Shown: piece by piece, positions 49,986 to 62,274 of the stretch
Numbering within the stretch: position 1 is the first letter of the stretch
Layout of the letters: every line of letters begins with the position of its first letter
Origin: Callorhinchus milii
Lineage: Eukaryota
Direction of reading: 5' to 3'
DNA: 64,000 bases
NCBI RefSeq assembly: GCF_018977255.1
Contig: NW_024704742.1
Coordinates: 123,134,001 to 123,198,000 of the forward strand
Notes under the pieces: generated by a model
Seen by the model: only the letters and a program-made list of their open reading frames with translations
Told to the model about the DNA's origin: nothing
Database searches by the model: none
Translations under genes and position numbers: made by a program

Positions 49986-51597
49986 TTAAGAGCAAATGCT
50001 GAGATTGAGCAGATGGATGACACTCTTCATCTAGGTATCATTCATATGTTTAAAATTCCTTCATGATAAAACAAGTATCTGCAACAATAATGATTCGACT
50101 GGATCTCCATTTTAGAAACTGAAAGACAAAACAGAACATCATGTGAGTTACCCCTGGACCTTATGGAAGTGATTCACCTATATTTGCTGTGCACACAAGC
50201 CACGGCATCTTTTATAAGGTTTTGTGAGGTGTGAGAGCTTTTCGATAAAAGCTGTTTGTGCTGTGTCTATAATTAGTTCCAATAGTGCTTTGCCTGTGGT
50301 TTCATACATACTCTGTTTTTGAAAAAAACATCAGTGAATCATAATGTGGTTAATTCTCAATGCTGATTGTTCTTGTTGCTTTTTCTAAGACATTCATTGC
50401 TGTGGGGGGGGGGTCATTGAATCTTTTTCAAGATCTGTATGACTCTTGTTAAGTTTGGCTTAACAATTGGAAAGAATAAAATACTTTCAACTGTGCCATT
50501 CACGCAGGCCTCTTTTTGCCCATTTCCTAACTCCAGCCAATCTTGCTGAATCTTTCTCCTTCCTTCAACCTTTGTGGGAATTTTCCCCATTAAACACACC
50601 CCACATCATTGGCAGTTGTTAACCTTCATTCACTCTTACCTTCCTCCTTGCTGTGCCCTATTGAAAGAACAGTTTCTAAATTAAGCCTGAATTTAAGAAC
50701 TTGCCCAAATTAGTCATTCACTCCATGGCTGTTTGTGGGACACTGCTGTGATTTGTCCACAAAATACACAGTCAAACATCTCGATGATGTGATCAGGTGC
50801 TATATCAAATGCAAGGATTATTATTGTTAGGTACAGTAAGGTCAAGTGACACTTCTAAAATGTACCAGTGTCCTGTAAACTCTAGGGTTCAGAAGGGATT
50901 GGGGGAATGTTAGATATTGGGTACACCGACAACTTATGTCATTTAAGATCCCAAAAGGATATTGATTCAGAAATGTTGTTGTTCTTTTAGTAAATTAAAT
51001 GCAGGCAGTAATATTATGACTTTGTGGAATTATTGGACTAAACTGGAACGTGCTGAAACACTTCACTGTTATTCAATTGCTAAAATTATATCTTCAATTG
51101 GTGACTAGCAGTATCCCATGTTCTTTCTATTTTACTTATTCACGCAAAGCTATTGTTAAAAAGTTGTCCGGTCTCCTGTTCTTTTCTGATACCCCCATTC
51201 TAACTTAATTTGCTCTCAAGGAAAATAAAATATGACATTTAGCCCAATGGAGCCTCCTCTTTAGTTTAATCTTGAGAATCTTTCTCTTAATATCAATTAT
51301 CCCCAAACCCGATACATCTATACAACAGTAAACTGTGCCAGAGAGACTTACGATCAAAGTGAATGAGGCAGATTGTAAACTCAACTGTATGGAGCAGTGT
51401 TTATTTCTCCAAATAAGACACACTAAAATAGATTAACAGTCTCCATTCCCTTAAGTTTTCTCTCCCTCCCCTCCACAACTCCCCTCCACTCAACTGAAGA
51501 TTTTAATTTGTACTACCCATATGGTTCCTTGGGACCATTTTAGAAGTGTCTCAAGAACTTAACCAGTTGGAAGATAGTCCACTTTTGCATTAAAGGC

Positions 51598-51710
51598 ATT
51601 TTGTTAGTAGCCGGGTGTCCCTGATACATGCCGAATCCCATCACCCAGCTTATGTGTATTCAAACCAGACTTGAGTCCCACATGTTCGTGCACCTACATA
51701 TGGAAATGTT
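51598..51710 (-). mobile_element. Unclassified repeat 'family D', 3' fragment
   Basis: Minus strand: ccatatgtaggtg...gtgatgggattcggcatgtatcagggacacccggctactaacaaaa. Confidence 0.6.
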
Positions 51711-53824
51711 AGTATTATGTCATTTCAATAAACCAAGGTAATTGTAATTCATATTATTATATTATCTGCAGCACCTAATAATGACTAAAAGCAGAATTGC
51801 TATTAGAGAAGTGAGTTCTCTGGTCTGGCCTCTTTGTGTGGCGCACTGCACAGTTAATCCAAATAAAAATCTGCTAATAAAAAATATTTGTATTCAAGAA
51901 CTTTTGATGGTTGTTAAAATAGAGGATGAATGTCTGTGTTGTTTAACCTTACTTGGATGTTACAAAGAAACCAGACAAGTTGCTCCTATTAGGCAGTCAC
52001 CTAACTGTAAACTGGGAGATTGTACTGGGGTAAAAGAAAAAAAGGTCAATGTGAGTACAGATTAGAAGGAGTCTGCCAAGTTTACTAATCTCACTGAAGA
52101 TAGGATCACATCAATGTGATGTATCCAACAGAGCTTCAAAGCAGGATCACATTAGACTTAGAAAGAAGCCTCATTAATCTAGAAGGAAAATGTAAATTGG
52201 ATTGTTTAAGGACAAATGGTTATTAATTAATACACAATATTGCTTATTTTTATATTGTTGTTCATTGTTTTATAGCTATTTTCATCTATTTTAGTGTGTC
52301 CTCCCCAAGAGGCATCGCAAGAGGGGGGTGGGAGCCCATTATCTGGTTGCTGTCTCTGACAGTGTGCTGTGTGAGTTGGACTGGGGCCCCGTAGTGACCT
52401 TAAATCCTGACTGTCAGCTGCTCCATTTTACTGTGTCTCGGCCATCCCCATTAACTGAGCTATAGTTCGCTAATCAGGATAATATAGAGCACAGCTGGAA
52501 GGCTCACCAGGCAGCAAAAGGTAAGCTTTTTTTTGTTAAGAAGTCAACTTGTTCACTCTATGGACATTTGGTAACTGAAGGTAACTGAATGGTCTCATTA
52601 TAACACAAACAATCGCAAGTACATGGCCAGGTGATCCTATCGGGGGAATGAGAGGCTGTATCATCTAACTGAAGAACAATGCACTACAGAATCTTCAAAA
52701 TATACACAGTTATGAATGGTGCTCAGTAAAACTGAAAAGACAGCCTTCTGTGCTGTAATTTTTTTATGATTCTGTAATTCTATTTGCTATTTAACAATAA
52801 TAATTCAATAATAAAAAAAGGGCTGTAGAAATAGAGTAAGTCGAATTTCTCCCAATATGTGGTAAGGCTTGTGTCATTCGATAACCATCACTGTATGAAT
52901 TTACGCCTGCGTAAATATGGGCCTCGGAATAGCTAACAAAGGCTATTTGGGATGTGCGGTGTGAAACATTAACCGAACACTAGATGGCTCCTCCCAGCAT
53001 GGTGTTTCCCAAGACTCGCATTGGACTATTATTGCCATCTTTGTTTTGAATACTAAGAATGTCTTGATCTCGCTGGGTAGAGAACGCGGACAGGGAGAGC
53101 ACAAATCTAACCATGGCTCAAATTCAAAAGATGAAAGAAAAAAAAAGAGAAAAGTAATGAAAAAAAGTCACTGCAGCGCCTGTGAAATCCTCATCATTCG
53201 GGACTCAAGATGGTGTCGAAATCCTGATGTAAGACTTGGGAGCTGTCACCCTGGAAAGAAAAACAACAACAGCTTGCATTTATATAGTGCCCTTCACGCA
53301 GGATAGCGTCTTGGAGCACTGATACTGAAACGCTGCTCCCTAGTGGCCATTTCATACCAAACATTTCAAAGAGCATTCGTTCGTTCATGAGCTGTCAGAG
53401 GCATAAATTTACACTGCTGGTAAATTACTGATCCAATGTTACAGACTTTATTCTTACGTAGAAAGATGGCTATCTGCACTAACTGGGTCCAGCTCCTTTG
53501 AGGATAAGCAAACATTACAGACAATTGGACCTCATACAAATTGACCACAGCGCCAGCTAAAAAATTATCCTGGAATCAGGAATTATGCTGTCACTTCGCT
53601 ATACTGTCACAAGTGTGCCAGCCTTTCTGTTTCTCTCAGATTCTGTCTCTCTTTCCCTGAGTTTCTCTAACTTTCTATTTCTCTACCATGTCTCTGTCTC
53701 TAACCTTAAACTGTATAATGTAAACATATAAAGACTCACCTTTGCTACCAACAAAAAGAAACACAATTGGTGTGCATGCACAAAGATGCCACGTGGGTGT
53801 GAAGTTCTTAGTTAGGATTCACTG

Positions 53825-54480
53825 TGGCTCAGTTAGTAACACTCACCTCTGAGTCAGTAGATTATGGATCCAAGCCTCATGTCAAGACTTTATGCTCATA
53901 GGTTAGACCATGGGTTTCCAGGCAGTCAATCACTACATGATAAAAAAAACAAGAGTAAGGAGCAATAGAACTATGTAGTTAGTTAGTCCAATTGAAAACA
54001 AAGCCCAATGCACAAAGTATTTCATGCAACTCAAAATAAAAATATAAATTTTATGTTTAAAATGCAGTAAATAACACACCTTTCTTTTTTTATTGAGCCT
54101 GCGCGAGACAACATATAGTGGCTATCGACCGGTTGGAGAGCCCTGGTTAGACTGACAATCTAGTGCAGTATTAGGGGAATGCTGAATCCTTCAGATGAGA
54201 TGTTAAACCTAGGTTTTGTGTGCCTGTTCAGATGGATGGTAAAGATCCCGTGATACAGTTTGATAAGGGAAGGGAGTTCCTTCTGTTTCTTCTAGGCTTT
54301 CGTGCTCCAGGTAAAATTGGTCATTCACTTCATTGCTGTAGAACATTCTTGTGTGCAATTTGGTTGCTGTTTTCACCTAGAACTACAGTCACTGCACTTA
54401 CAATACAAAATCCTGCAAAGCGTTTTGCATGCATTTCGACAATGTGATAAAGCGCTATATCAGATGCAAGAATTACTATG
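53825..54480 (+). mobile_element. Deu-domain SINE (family B) split by a DNA-transposon insertion
   Basis: Head at 53825-53908. Resumes at 54146 (gttagactgacaatctagtgcag) through the Deu domain and tail. Confidence 0.75.
53909..54145. mobile_element. Non-autonomous hAT-like MITE
   Basis: Degenerate TIRs CATGGGTTTCCAGGCAGTCAATCAC and (reverse complement) CAGGGCTCTCCAACCGGTCGATAGC (16/25). AT-rich interior. Flanking ggttagac at 53901-53908 and 54145-54152. Confidence 0.7.
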
Positions 54481-55169
54481 AATGCATAGCTGGCATCAGA
54501 ATAATCTCTGGAACAAAGTCACTCATGTGAATAGTGTATGTATATATGTTTATCGATATCTCACAGGCCAATTTCTGCTTCAGAGGGTTTTTTATGGATA
54601 AACGGGCATGTAGATAAACAGCGCTTTCTTGATGAAACAGGTGTCATGCTTTGACTTAGTCAGTGCTGTCCATATTCTTGTCTCTTGCTGGAGGCATCTC
54701 ACAAATGGAGAACAAATTTTGAGGAACATCTGAACATCTGTCTCAGCCTCAGGGACTACACGTCTCTTTTGGTTTGGCTTCTACAGTGTCTTGATCCGCA
54801 TTTCTCAAGTGGTGACTCTGCAAAAGCTTCTAAAGGATGGCTGACAGCCACTTCATTTCAGAGCCGGTCATTTAATACTTTAATAACTGCTTTCCTCCTG
54901 CTTGATCATTGTTGGTCAGGTATCAAGCTCCTGCTTCAATTTAACCAGTATAATCTCTGGAATGAAGTCAGTGTATCCCTTTTATTTAACTGGTATAATT
55001 ATTAATATTTAATAATGAAAACTCCTGCATTTGATATAGCACCTTACCCACAAAATATACAGTCACTACACTTTACAGAATATTCTTTGAAGCACTTTGA
55101 GAGGTCTCGAAGATGTGATAAGGCGCTATATCAAATGCAAAGATTCGTATTCTTCTTATCCCCACTATC

Positions 55170-55588
55170 CATGAACTACAACTGATTAAGAACCCTGCCG
55201 CTCATATATTCACCTGATACTAAACTCCATACCCCCATCACTCCAGTCCTCACCAGGCTTCACCTGCTCCCTATCACAGAACGGATCAATTTCACATTCC
55301 TCTCACTTGTTTACAAATCCTTTCACTCCCTGGCAACTCCCCACCCTTCTTACCGGCTTTCTCCCCACTCCACTACCCGCTGCCTTCACTTGACTGGCTC
55401 TGGCTTCCTGCTTATCCCTCTGCCCCACCATTGGTAGCCACATTTCAGCCACTGTGTCCCAAAGCTTTGGAACCCTCCGCCTTACTCCCTCCTTCCCCTC
55501 TTTTAGATCACAACTGAAGACCTTCCTCTTTGCCACTCCAAGATGCTGCCCCACGAGAAGAGCATGATATAAATGCAAGTTGTTGTTA
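55170..55588 (+). mobile_element. Old L2 LINE 3' fragment
   Basis: cccatcactccagtcctcaccaggcttcac...caccattggtagcc..ttcagccact..ctttggaac and a TTG tail. Confidence 0.7.
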
Positions 55589-56100
55589 TCATTTTGTCAA
55601 AATATCTCAAAGTGCTTCACAGGAAATAATATAAATTATAGTGACTCTATTTGTAGTCAGACGTGGCAGCCAACTTTCCAAATAGCCGTGAAGTGAATGA
55701 CCAATTCTATCTGGGAGATTGTTGGGCAGAAGACAGGGAGAAACTCACGGGAGAAGTATTCATCAAATAAACTATATTCCTCTGCAGATACACATGGATA
55801 CCATGGTAAAGTGGTATGCATATATGTATATGCAGAGGAATACAGCTCTGAGATGCAGTGGTGATACCATCATCAGTAATGTGCTCACCAGAACATAGGA
55901 GCAATTAATGATGAGAGGCCCATTGTATTGGGTCCAGGCAGCCTGGAATGTGATTGTGTTCTGATATGTAATGAATGCTGCCTGTGACCTTTCATCACTG
56001 TTATGCTGAGACTCTTTTTTTTCATTTGGTGCCCACGAGGTAATTAACTTTTGAAATATTGCACCAGTCTTGTGAAGCCAGCATTATAGCCAGTGTCAGC

Positions 56101-56540
56101 TTGGCTGAGTTGGTAGCACTCTTGTCTTGGGGTCAGAAGGCTGTGGGTTCGAGCCCCACATAGGGACGTGAGCTCATCGTCTAGTCTGGCACTCAGGGCA
56201 GGACTGCGGAAGCACTGCATTGTTTGAGGTGCCCTCTTTTGAATGAGATATTTGCCTACAAACACATAGTCACTACGCTTCACAGTAAAAGTACTTTGAG
56301 ACGTATCAACAACATGATAAAGAGCCATATCTCAAGAATTATTACTATTTACTTCAACTGTTGTCCCGTTCAAATGGACATCAAAGATCAAAAAGGGATA
56401 AATTCAGCTCATGCCTGTTTGTGGGATCGGAGTTTGCTGGCACAAATCACTGCCTTGTTTGCCTGCAAGACCAGCAATAACTTGTGAAGCACTTTGAGAT
56501 ATTTTGGCGTAATAAGGTTCCGTAAAAATACAAGTTCCTT
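56101..56540 (+). mobile_element. Deu-domain SINE (family B), rearranged
   Basis: Well-preserved head tggctgagttggtagcactct...gggttcgagccccaca and Deu-domain start. Confidence 0.7.
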
Positions 56541-58814
56541 CTTTTTGTACAGTCCTCAGTTTGAGGAGCACTTAACTATTTTTAAGCCAGCTTGCACATT
56601 GTACTAGCAACGTTTTAATTTGCTTATAAAAAGAGGATGTAAGAATTCAAACATTTGTCAAATGGACGCTTGATAGACAACGCGCCTTGGAACCATTTTA
56701 TTTATAATTGCCGCAGTTGACTACAAAATGTGCATTCACAGGGAAAAATAAGCCTGAAGGCAGAACTAAATTGTTGGCTGGTTTGACTTCCTGTCATTTC
56801 CATAAAATCTCTTCCTTTCGGTCCCGCTCCCACCATAGTCAGGAACAGTTCTATTTATAGCAATAACAGATAAAGTTTTCATTTGAGACTGAAGAGAACA
56901 TTTTTGCCTGAGTTAACTGTTGTCCACGAAAGCAGCTGAAGAGATGTTATGTAGCGATGTCTGTGCTACTTTTAGTAAACAGTCCCCAAACACCTGCATC
57001 AATTGGCAACTAAAACTGCTTGTGTATGCCAAATTCTTATAATTCAAAGGCTGCACTGATGCTTATTGTGCATGGTTCTTCAATAAGATGCTGATGACAT
57101 TCAGTGGAAACTATGCCCCTTGTTCATAATCAGTTTAACATTAGCAAGAGAACTGCTTCTTTACATTGTGTTATCTGAAAGAATATCCATTTTACTTGCT
57201 GGTGCAAAACTGTAATAATACTACTAATAATAATAATCCTTGCATTTGACATAGCGTCTTCCTTATCAGGCGGACATCTCAAAAGTGCTTTACAGAAAGT
57301 GTAAAGTGTATTTTGTAGGCGAACTGTGCTCTTGTAGTGTAGCCTGCACGTACAGTACTTAAAAGTCTCAAAAGTATGAATACCTTGCAGGCATTGCTAA
57401 ATTACTGTCTGACTGTGCTTCCTATCATCACTCCAGGACCAGACTACTTGTTTCTTGACTTTGCCTTTTTATTCCCTTTCTCATGTCCACTGTCAGCTCC
57501 AATTACAATACATATACATGAAGACTTAATTAAACCAATCAGCCTGCAATGGAACTGACAGGTACGATTTTCTGTCACACGCATTTCACAGTGTGTAATC
57601 TGCTATCAATGGGATCATTTTCTCTTCCTTTTGGTTCAATTTCTGTCAGCTACTCCCCAGATCAAAAAGTCAAGCTGGAAAATCCAACTGACCCTGAGGT
57701 TGACTGGAAGGCATATTTGCGAAAGGGACGTCCTCTCGAAGTGAAAGGCGCTATACAAATGTAATTTTGTTTTGGTGTTAAGGTCTGTGACTGTTCTACA
57801 TCATGGCCACAATTGCAATTTTTCACAAGTGCCCCTTTCTCATGTAAGACCTTTTTGTGTGACTCAATTATTATTTTTTTTAAAAAAAGCCTCCCCACCT
57901 CGAAAAAAATGGGAAGATTAAAGGCTTTTAAATCTCTTAAACCACATTCCACCTTGAAAAATTACATCTGTGACCTTGAAGCCCCAGGCGTTGCTGGCTT
58001 GGGACAGAAGTTTGTATTCATTCAGGCAAGAAGGAAAAAAGTAGCTTTGGTGTAGGTTCACGGGGCTCAGCCAAGCACACATACACCAGCTAACCCAGTC
58101 TGCAGAGGTCTGCACCTCCCACACCATTGGCTTTATAATTGGAAATTCCTACGCACAAAAGGCTCTGCCCACAGGACTTCTGCAGACTAACAATCAGTTT
58201 GCAGTGCTTCACTGGGTATGAGGTCCTTGGCAGGAAGCCATTCTCTATCATAAAAGTGTTTGTGAAAGAAATTGTTCCATTTTAGCCAACTTTTTTTCCC
58301 CCCTCTCCGAGACCGGCATCCACCCCCACCTCTTCAATGGAATGTGTTAATAATTTGCTTTGTGGAGATGAAAGAACCTTTGATAGCAACAGCGTAAACA
58401 CATCTCACTCAGCTCAAAGGTCTTTGTCCTAACAACCAAGGAACAGTCCCTCAAATAGTGACTGGGGCGGAGAAAACAGTTGAAATTCCTAAACAACAAT
58501 TTTAGCCCTTTCTGCCTCACCTGCTAGAATTGTGTAACATGAAGGCCAAGGGACCACTATTTATATTTTTCCAGGAATTATTTGTGGTGGATAGTAAATA
58601 GAGATTAGAGAGAATAAGGATTTTTTTCATGAACGTCGATGCCGTGCCTAATTAATTTTTAACATGAAAGCATTCTGCTTCTTTGCCAGAGTATTTGCAA
58701 AGAATGTTGGTATCAGATGTGGACACTAAGAGGTTGCCAGGAATTTTCTGTGAAGTTCAGAATCAAGGTAAACCTTTACAGGTGAAGAAGCTGCGTTAGG
58801 TAATACCATTTAAT

Positions 58815-59082
58815 TAGACTGACACACCAGCACAGTGCTGGGGCCATTATTGGAGGTGCCATCCTTCAGATGAGACGTTAAACCAAGGACCCGTCTGTCT
58901 GTTTAAGTCCTTTAGGATCTCACGGCATGTTTCAAAAAGAGAAGGGAGTTTCTCCTGGTATTCTGGTGAAAAATACAAAATGATCATTTACTTCATTGTT
59001 GTTTGTGGGACATTACTCTGTGCAAATTGACTGCTGCATTTGCCCACAAAACACACAGTCACTACAATTTACAGTTAATCCT
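58815..59082 (+). mobile_element. Deu-domain SINE (family B) fragment
   Basis: ttggaggtgccatccttcagatgagacgttaaaccaaggacccgtctg. Confidence 0.75.
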
Positions 59083-59782
59083 AAACCCATGGCATACACC
59101 CATTTAATGTAATGTGGCAATACAATTGTGGCGTAAACTAGCATTCTATCCAGAGTTTGCCTTCAAAACAGAATATAAGTAATCTATCTACTCAGAGTAG
59201 ATCTAATTTGAACACGTAATTGTGGACGTTTCTCTGCTCTATATTAAACTAGCACTGTTCCCAGCAATTGGCTAAAGTGGCAGATTTTGACACTGTGCAG
59301 AGAAATTTCCTCTCCCCAGTAAACATGGGTGGATAATTCTGACTCAAAGGACATTTGACCAAAACCTAGCTTTCTGCCCAGTGATTGATTTCTTGGCAGC
59401 TGCAATTTTACTAAGATCTGGAAGAATTTGCCTTATAATAATAATCCTTTATAATTTAATATTGTGCCTTATCACATCGTCGAGATATCTCAAAATGTTT
59501 CACAGAATATACTGTAAAGTGAATTGACTGTATATTTTGTGGGTGAAAAATCCCTTCACTCTATCCGATGAAACACATGTTGATTCCACCAGGCAAAATG
59601 TCCATAAGTAATCTATTGGCTAAAATAGATGTTTTTTATTAGCTCCACTATATGCAAACGGATATTTGCCCTATGAGGAAGGCATTCTGTTAAGACACTC
59701 GCCGACACTTTTTTTTAAGGGGTTAAAATATATATTTTTTCTCTCTCAAAAAAGTTGGATTTATCAGTTATCTTTAATAATA

Positions 59783-60100
59783 TGTGGAGTTCTGTAGCGT
59801 AGTGGTTAGAGCACGGTTCGATACCCTGGTGGGCAGCATGAAAATTTGGGCAAGTTTCCTTTCTCCACACACAAGCATCTGCTTACCTAGCAGTAAGTAA
59901 GAACTTGTTTGTTAGTCGATTGGCAGATAGCTTTTCCAGGAATGATAATCCCTTCAAAAAAAATATTTTAGTCACTCACTCCATGACTGTTTGTGGGACA
60001 CTGCTCTGTGCAAATTCCAAAATGTTGTTTCACTCACAAAATATAGTCAATTAACTTTACAGTATATTCTGTGAAGTACTTTGAGACATCTTGAAGACGT
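59783..60100 (+). mobile_element. Family A SINE, long variant, older
   Basis: Head, central cctagcagtaagt segment and body. Confidence 0.8.
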
Positions 60101-60149
60101 CTCAAACATATTTTTAAAACATCCTTCCTTCATTTGTTGTACAGTCGTA

Positions 60150-60546
60150 TCTTTCACATTGTTAGACATCTCAAAGCTTTTCACAGGATTTATTGTAAAG
60201 TATAGTGGCAGTATATTTTGTAGGTGAAAGCAGCAGCCAATTTGCACACAGCAATTTCCGACCAACAGTCATGAAGTGAATGATCAATTTTACTTGGGAG
60301 ATTGTTGGCCAGGATAAGAGAGGAGAAACTCCTCTGGGAAACAGGGCCATGGGATCTTCAATGTCCACCTGAATAGGCAGACAGAAACTCAGTTAACCAT
60401 TCATCCAAAAGTCAGCACCTCCAAAAATGCATACCCCCAGCACTCTATTAGATTGTCACACTAGACTGTGAGCTCAAAGTGCCTGATATGGGGCTTGAAC
60501 CCCAAAGCTTCTATTTCAGACACAAGAGTGCTATACACTGAACCGA
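60150..60546 (-). mobile_element. Deu-domain SINE (family B)
   Basis: Reverse head, Deu domain and body. Confidence 0.75.
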
Positions 60547-60767
60547 ACTTAGAATGCTGTGCAATCTCTTTCCTGTTAGCTCTGGGACTCTACCCTGCAT
60601 GATGGATGCAAAATAAATGCAAGTTGTTGTTGTTAAAGATTTGCATTTGAGTTCAGTGAGCACAGGTAGTTCCTATATAAAGTACACCCTATATAATATG
60701 ATTGTTGTTACAGAACAAGTACATTATCTGAGTAAAACCTGATGGTAGAGGCTGCAGTGGGAAGGAA

Positions 60768-61505
60768 TTGACAAGCGAGAGACCTAGGTTCAATACCCGG
60801 CAGGGCGAAACCTTGAGTAAGTTTCTTTACTCCACAAGCCTGATGATAATCCCTCAAGAAAAAAAAAATTTGGTCTCTCAATCCACGACTGCTGTGCGTA
60901 ATTAGCTGCTGAATTTCACCCACAAATATACAGTCAATTCACTTTACAGTATATTCTGTGAATCTGTTTGAGACAACAACAACAAGATTACATTTGTATA
61001 GCGCCTTTCACGTCGGGAGGACGTCCCAAGGCACTGGGCAGTGTACAGCATTTCAGACCCGAGCTGGGGTCAGGGAGGGAGAGGGGAGGGGAGGGGAAGG
61101 AGGGTGGCTGATGGCATGGTCGAAGAGAAGGGTCTTGAGGCGGGACTTGAAGGAGGCTAAGGAGAGGGCGTGGCGGAGTGATTGGGGATGGAATTCCAGA
61201 GGTTGGGGGCAGAGTAGCTGAAGGCTCTCCCGCCAATGGTGGGGCCGGTGGGTTGGGGAACGTGGAACAGGCTGGAGCCAGCTGAGTGGAGGGAGCGGGC
61301 GGGTTGGTAGGAGATTAGGAGGTTGCAGAGATAGGGTGGGGTGAGGCCATGGAGGGCTTTGTAGGTGAGGACCAGGATCTTGAATTAGATCCTCTGAAGG
61401 ATAGGGAGCCAATGAGTTGGGCAAGAATGGGGGAGATGGGGTCGCGGAGACACCTAGAAGACGTGAAAAGCGCTATATCAAATGCAACGATTATTATTAT
61501 TATCA
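60768..61505 (+). mobile_element. Family A SINE split by a minus-strand L2 (60976-61446)
   Basis: SINE breaks at tttgagaca and resumes gagacacctagaagacgtgaaaagcg. gagaca is duplicated (60970-60975 and 61447-61452). Confidence 0.85.
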
Positions 61506-62274
61506 TCAGTTGAGTACAGTAGAACTTTGCTTACATACTGTGCAGATGTGGCTTGTTCATTTTGGTACAAACCCTTGAACTGGTTGACAGAAATACTGTG
61601 GATAAAATTTCTTTAAAATTAGATCCAAATTGTGGATCTAAAATTTTAGATCTACAATTTGACATTGAGTACCGCATAGTACAGGCTCTCTGTATGGGAA
61701 GTACCTGTCTCAACCAAGAATGTTATGAGAAGCAAAACACGATCTTGTCATAAGTAAACCATTGGGAAGAATGAGACAAATCTTTTATCTTTTTGTAATG
61801 AGGCCTGGAATTTGTCTATAGTTCAGTCTGATAAGATATCTCACCTAAAAAGATAAGACTTGATAAACTGTTAGATCAATACTAATAAAAGTTTAGTTCA
61901 GTGCAGAATGTTCTGATTTCAAAAATGATCAGAAATAATCTTCAGTATTTTATCAGACATTTAGAAGAGGAAGGAACAGTGCCGAACAAGTACTCTGAGT
62001 GTAAAGCAGTCATTCCCTATGTATTCCAAGTCCATGGATGTATTTAATAGTTTTCCTTCGTTCAATATCAATGCTTAGATGAAGACAGAGAAAAGCGGTC
62101 TATCACTCAAAAACTGAAGTGAATATAGAACCATACAGGTACAGACATGTATAGCAGAGACAAAGGCCATTACCCTCTACCCTCCATTGACACTATACAA
62201 ATGTAATTTTGTTTGTTGTTGTTGTCCAGCGCTGGCTCTTTTAAAGAAGAATCCTTTCAGAACTTTTAGGAACA

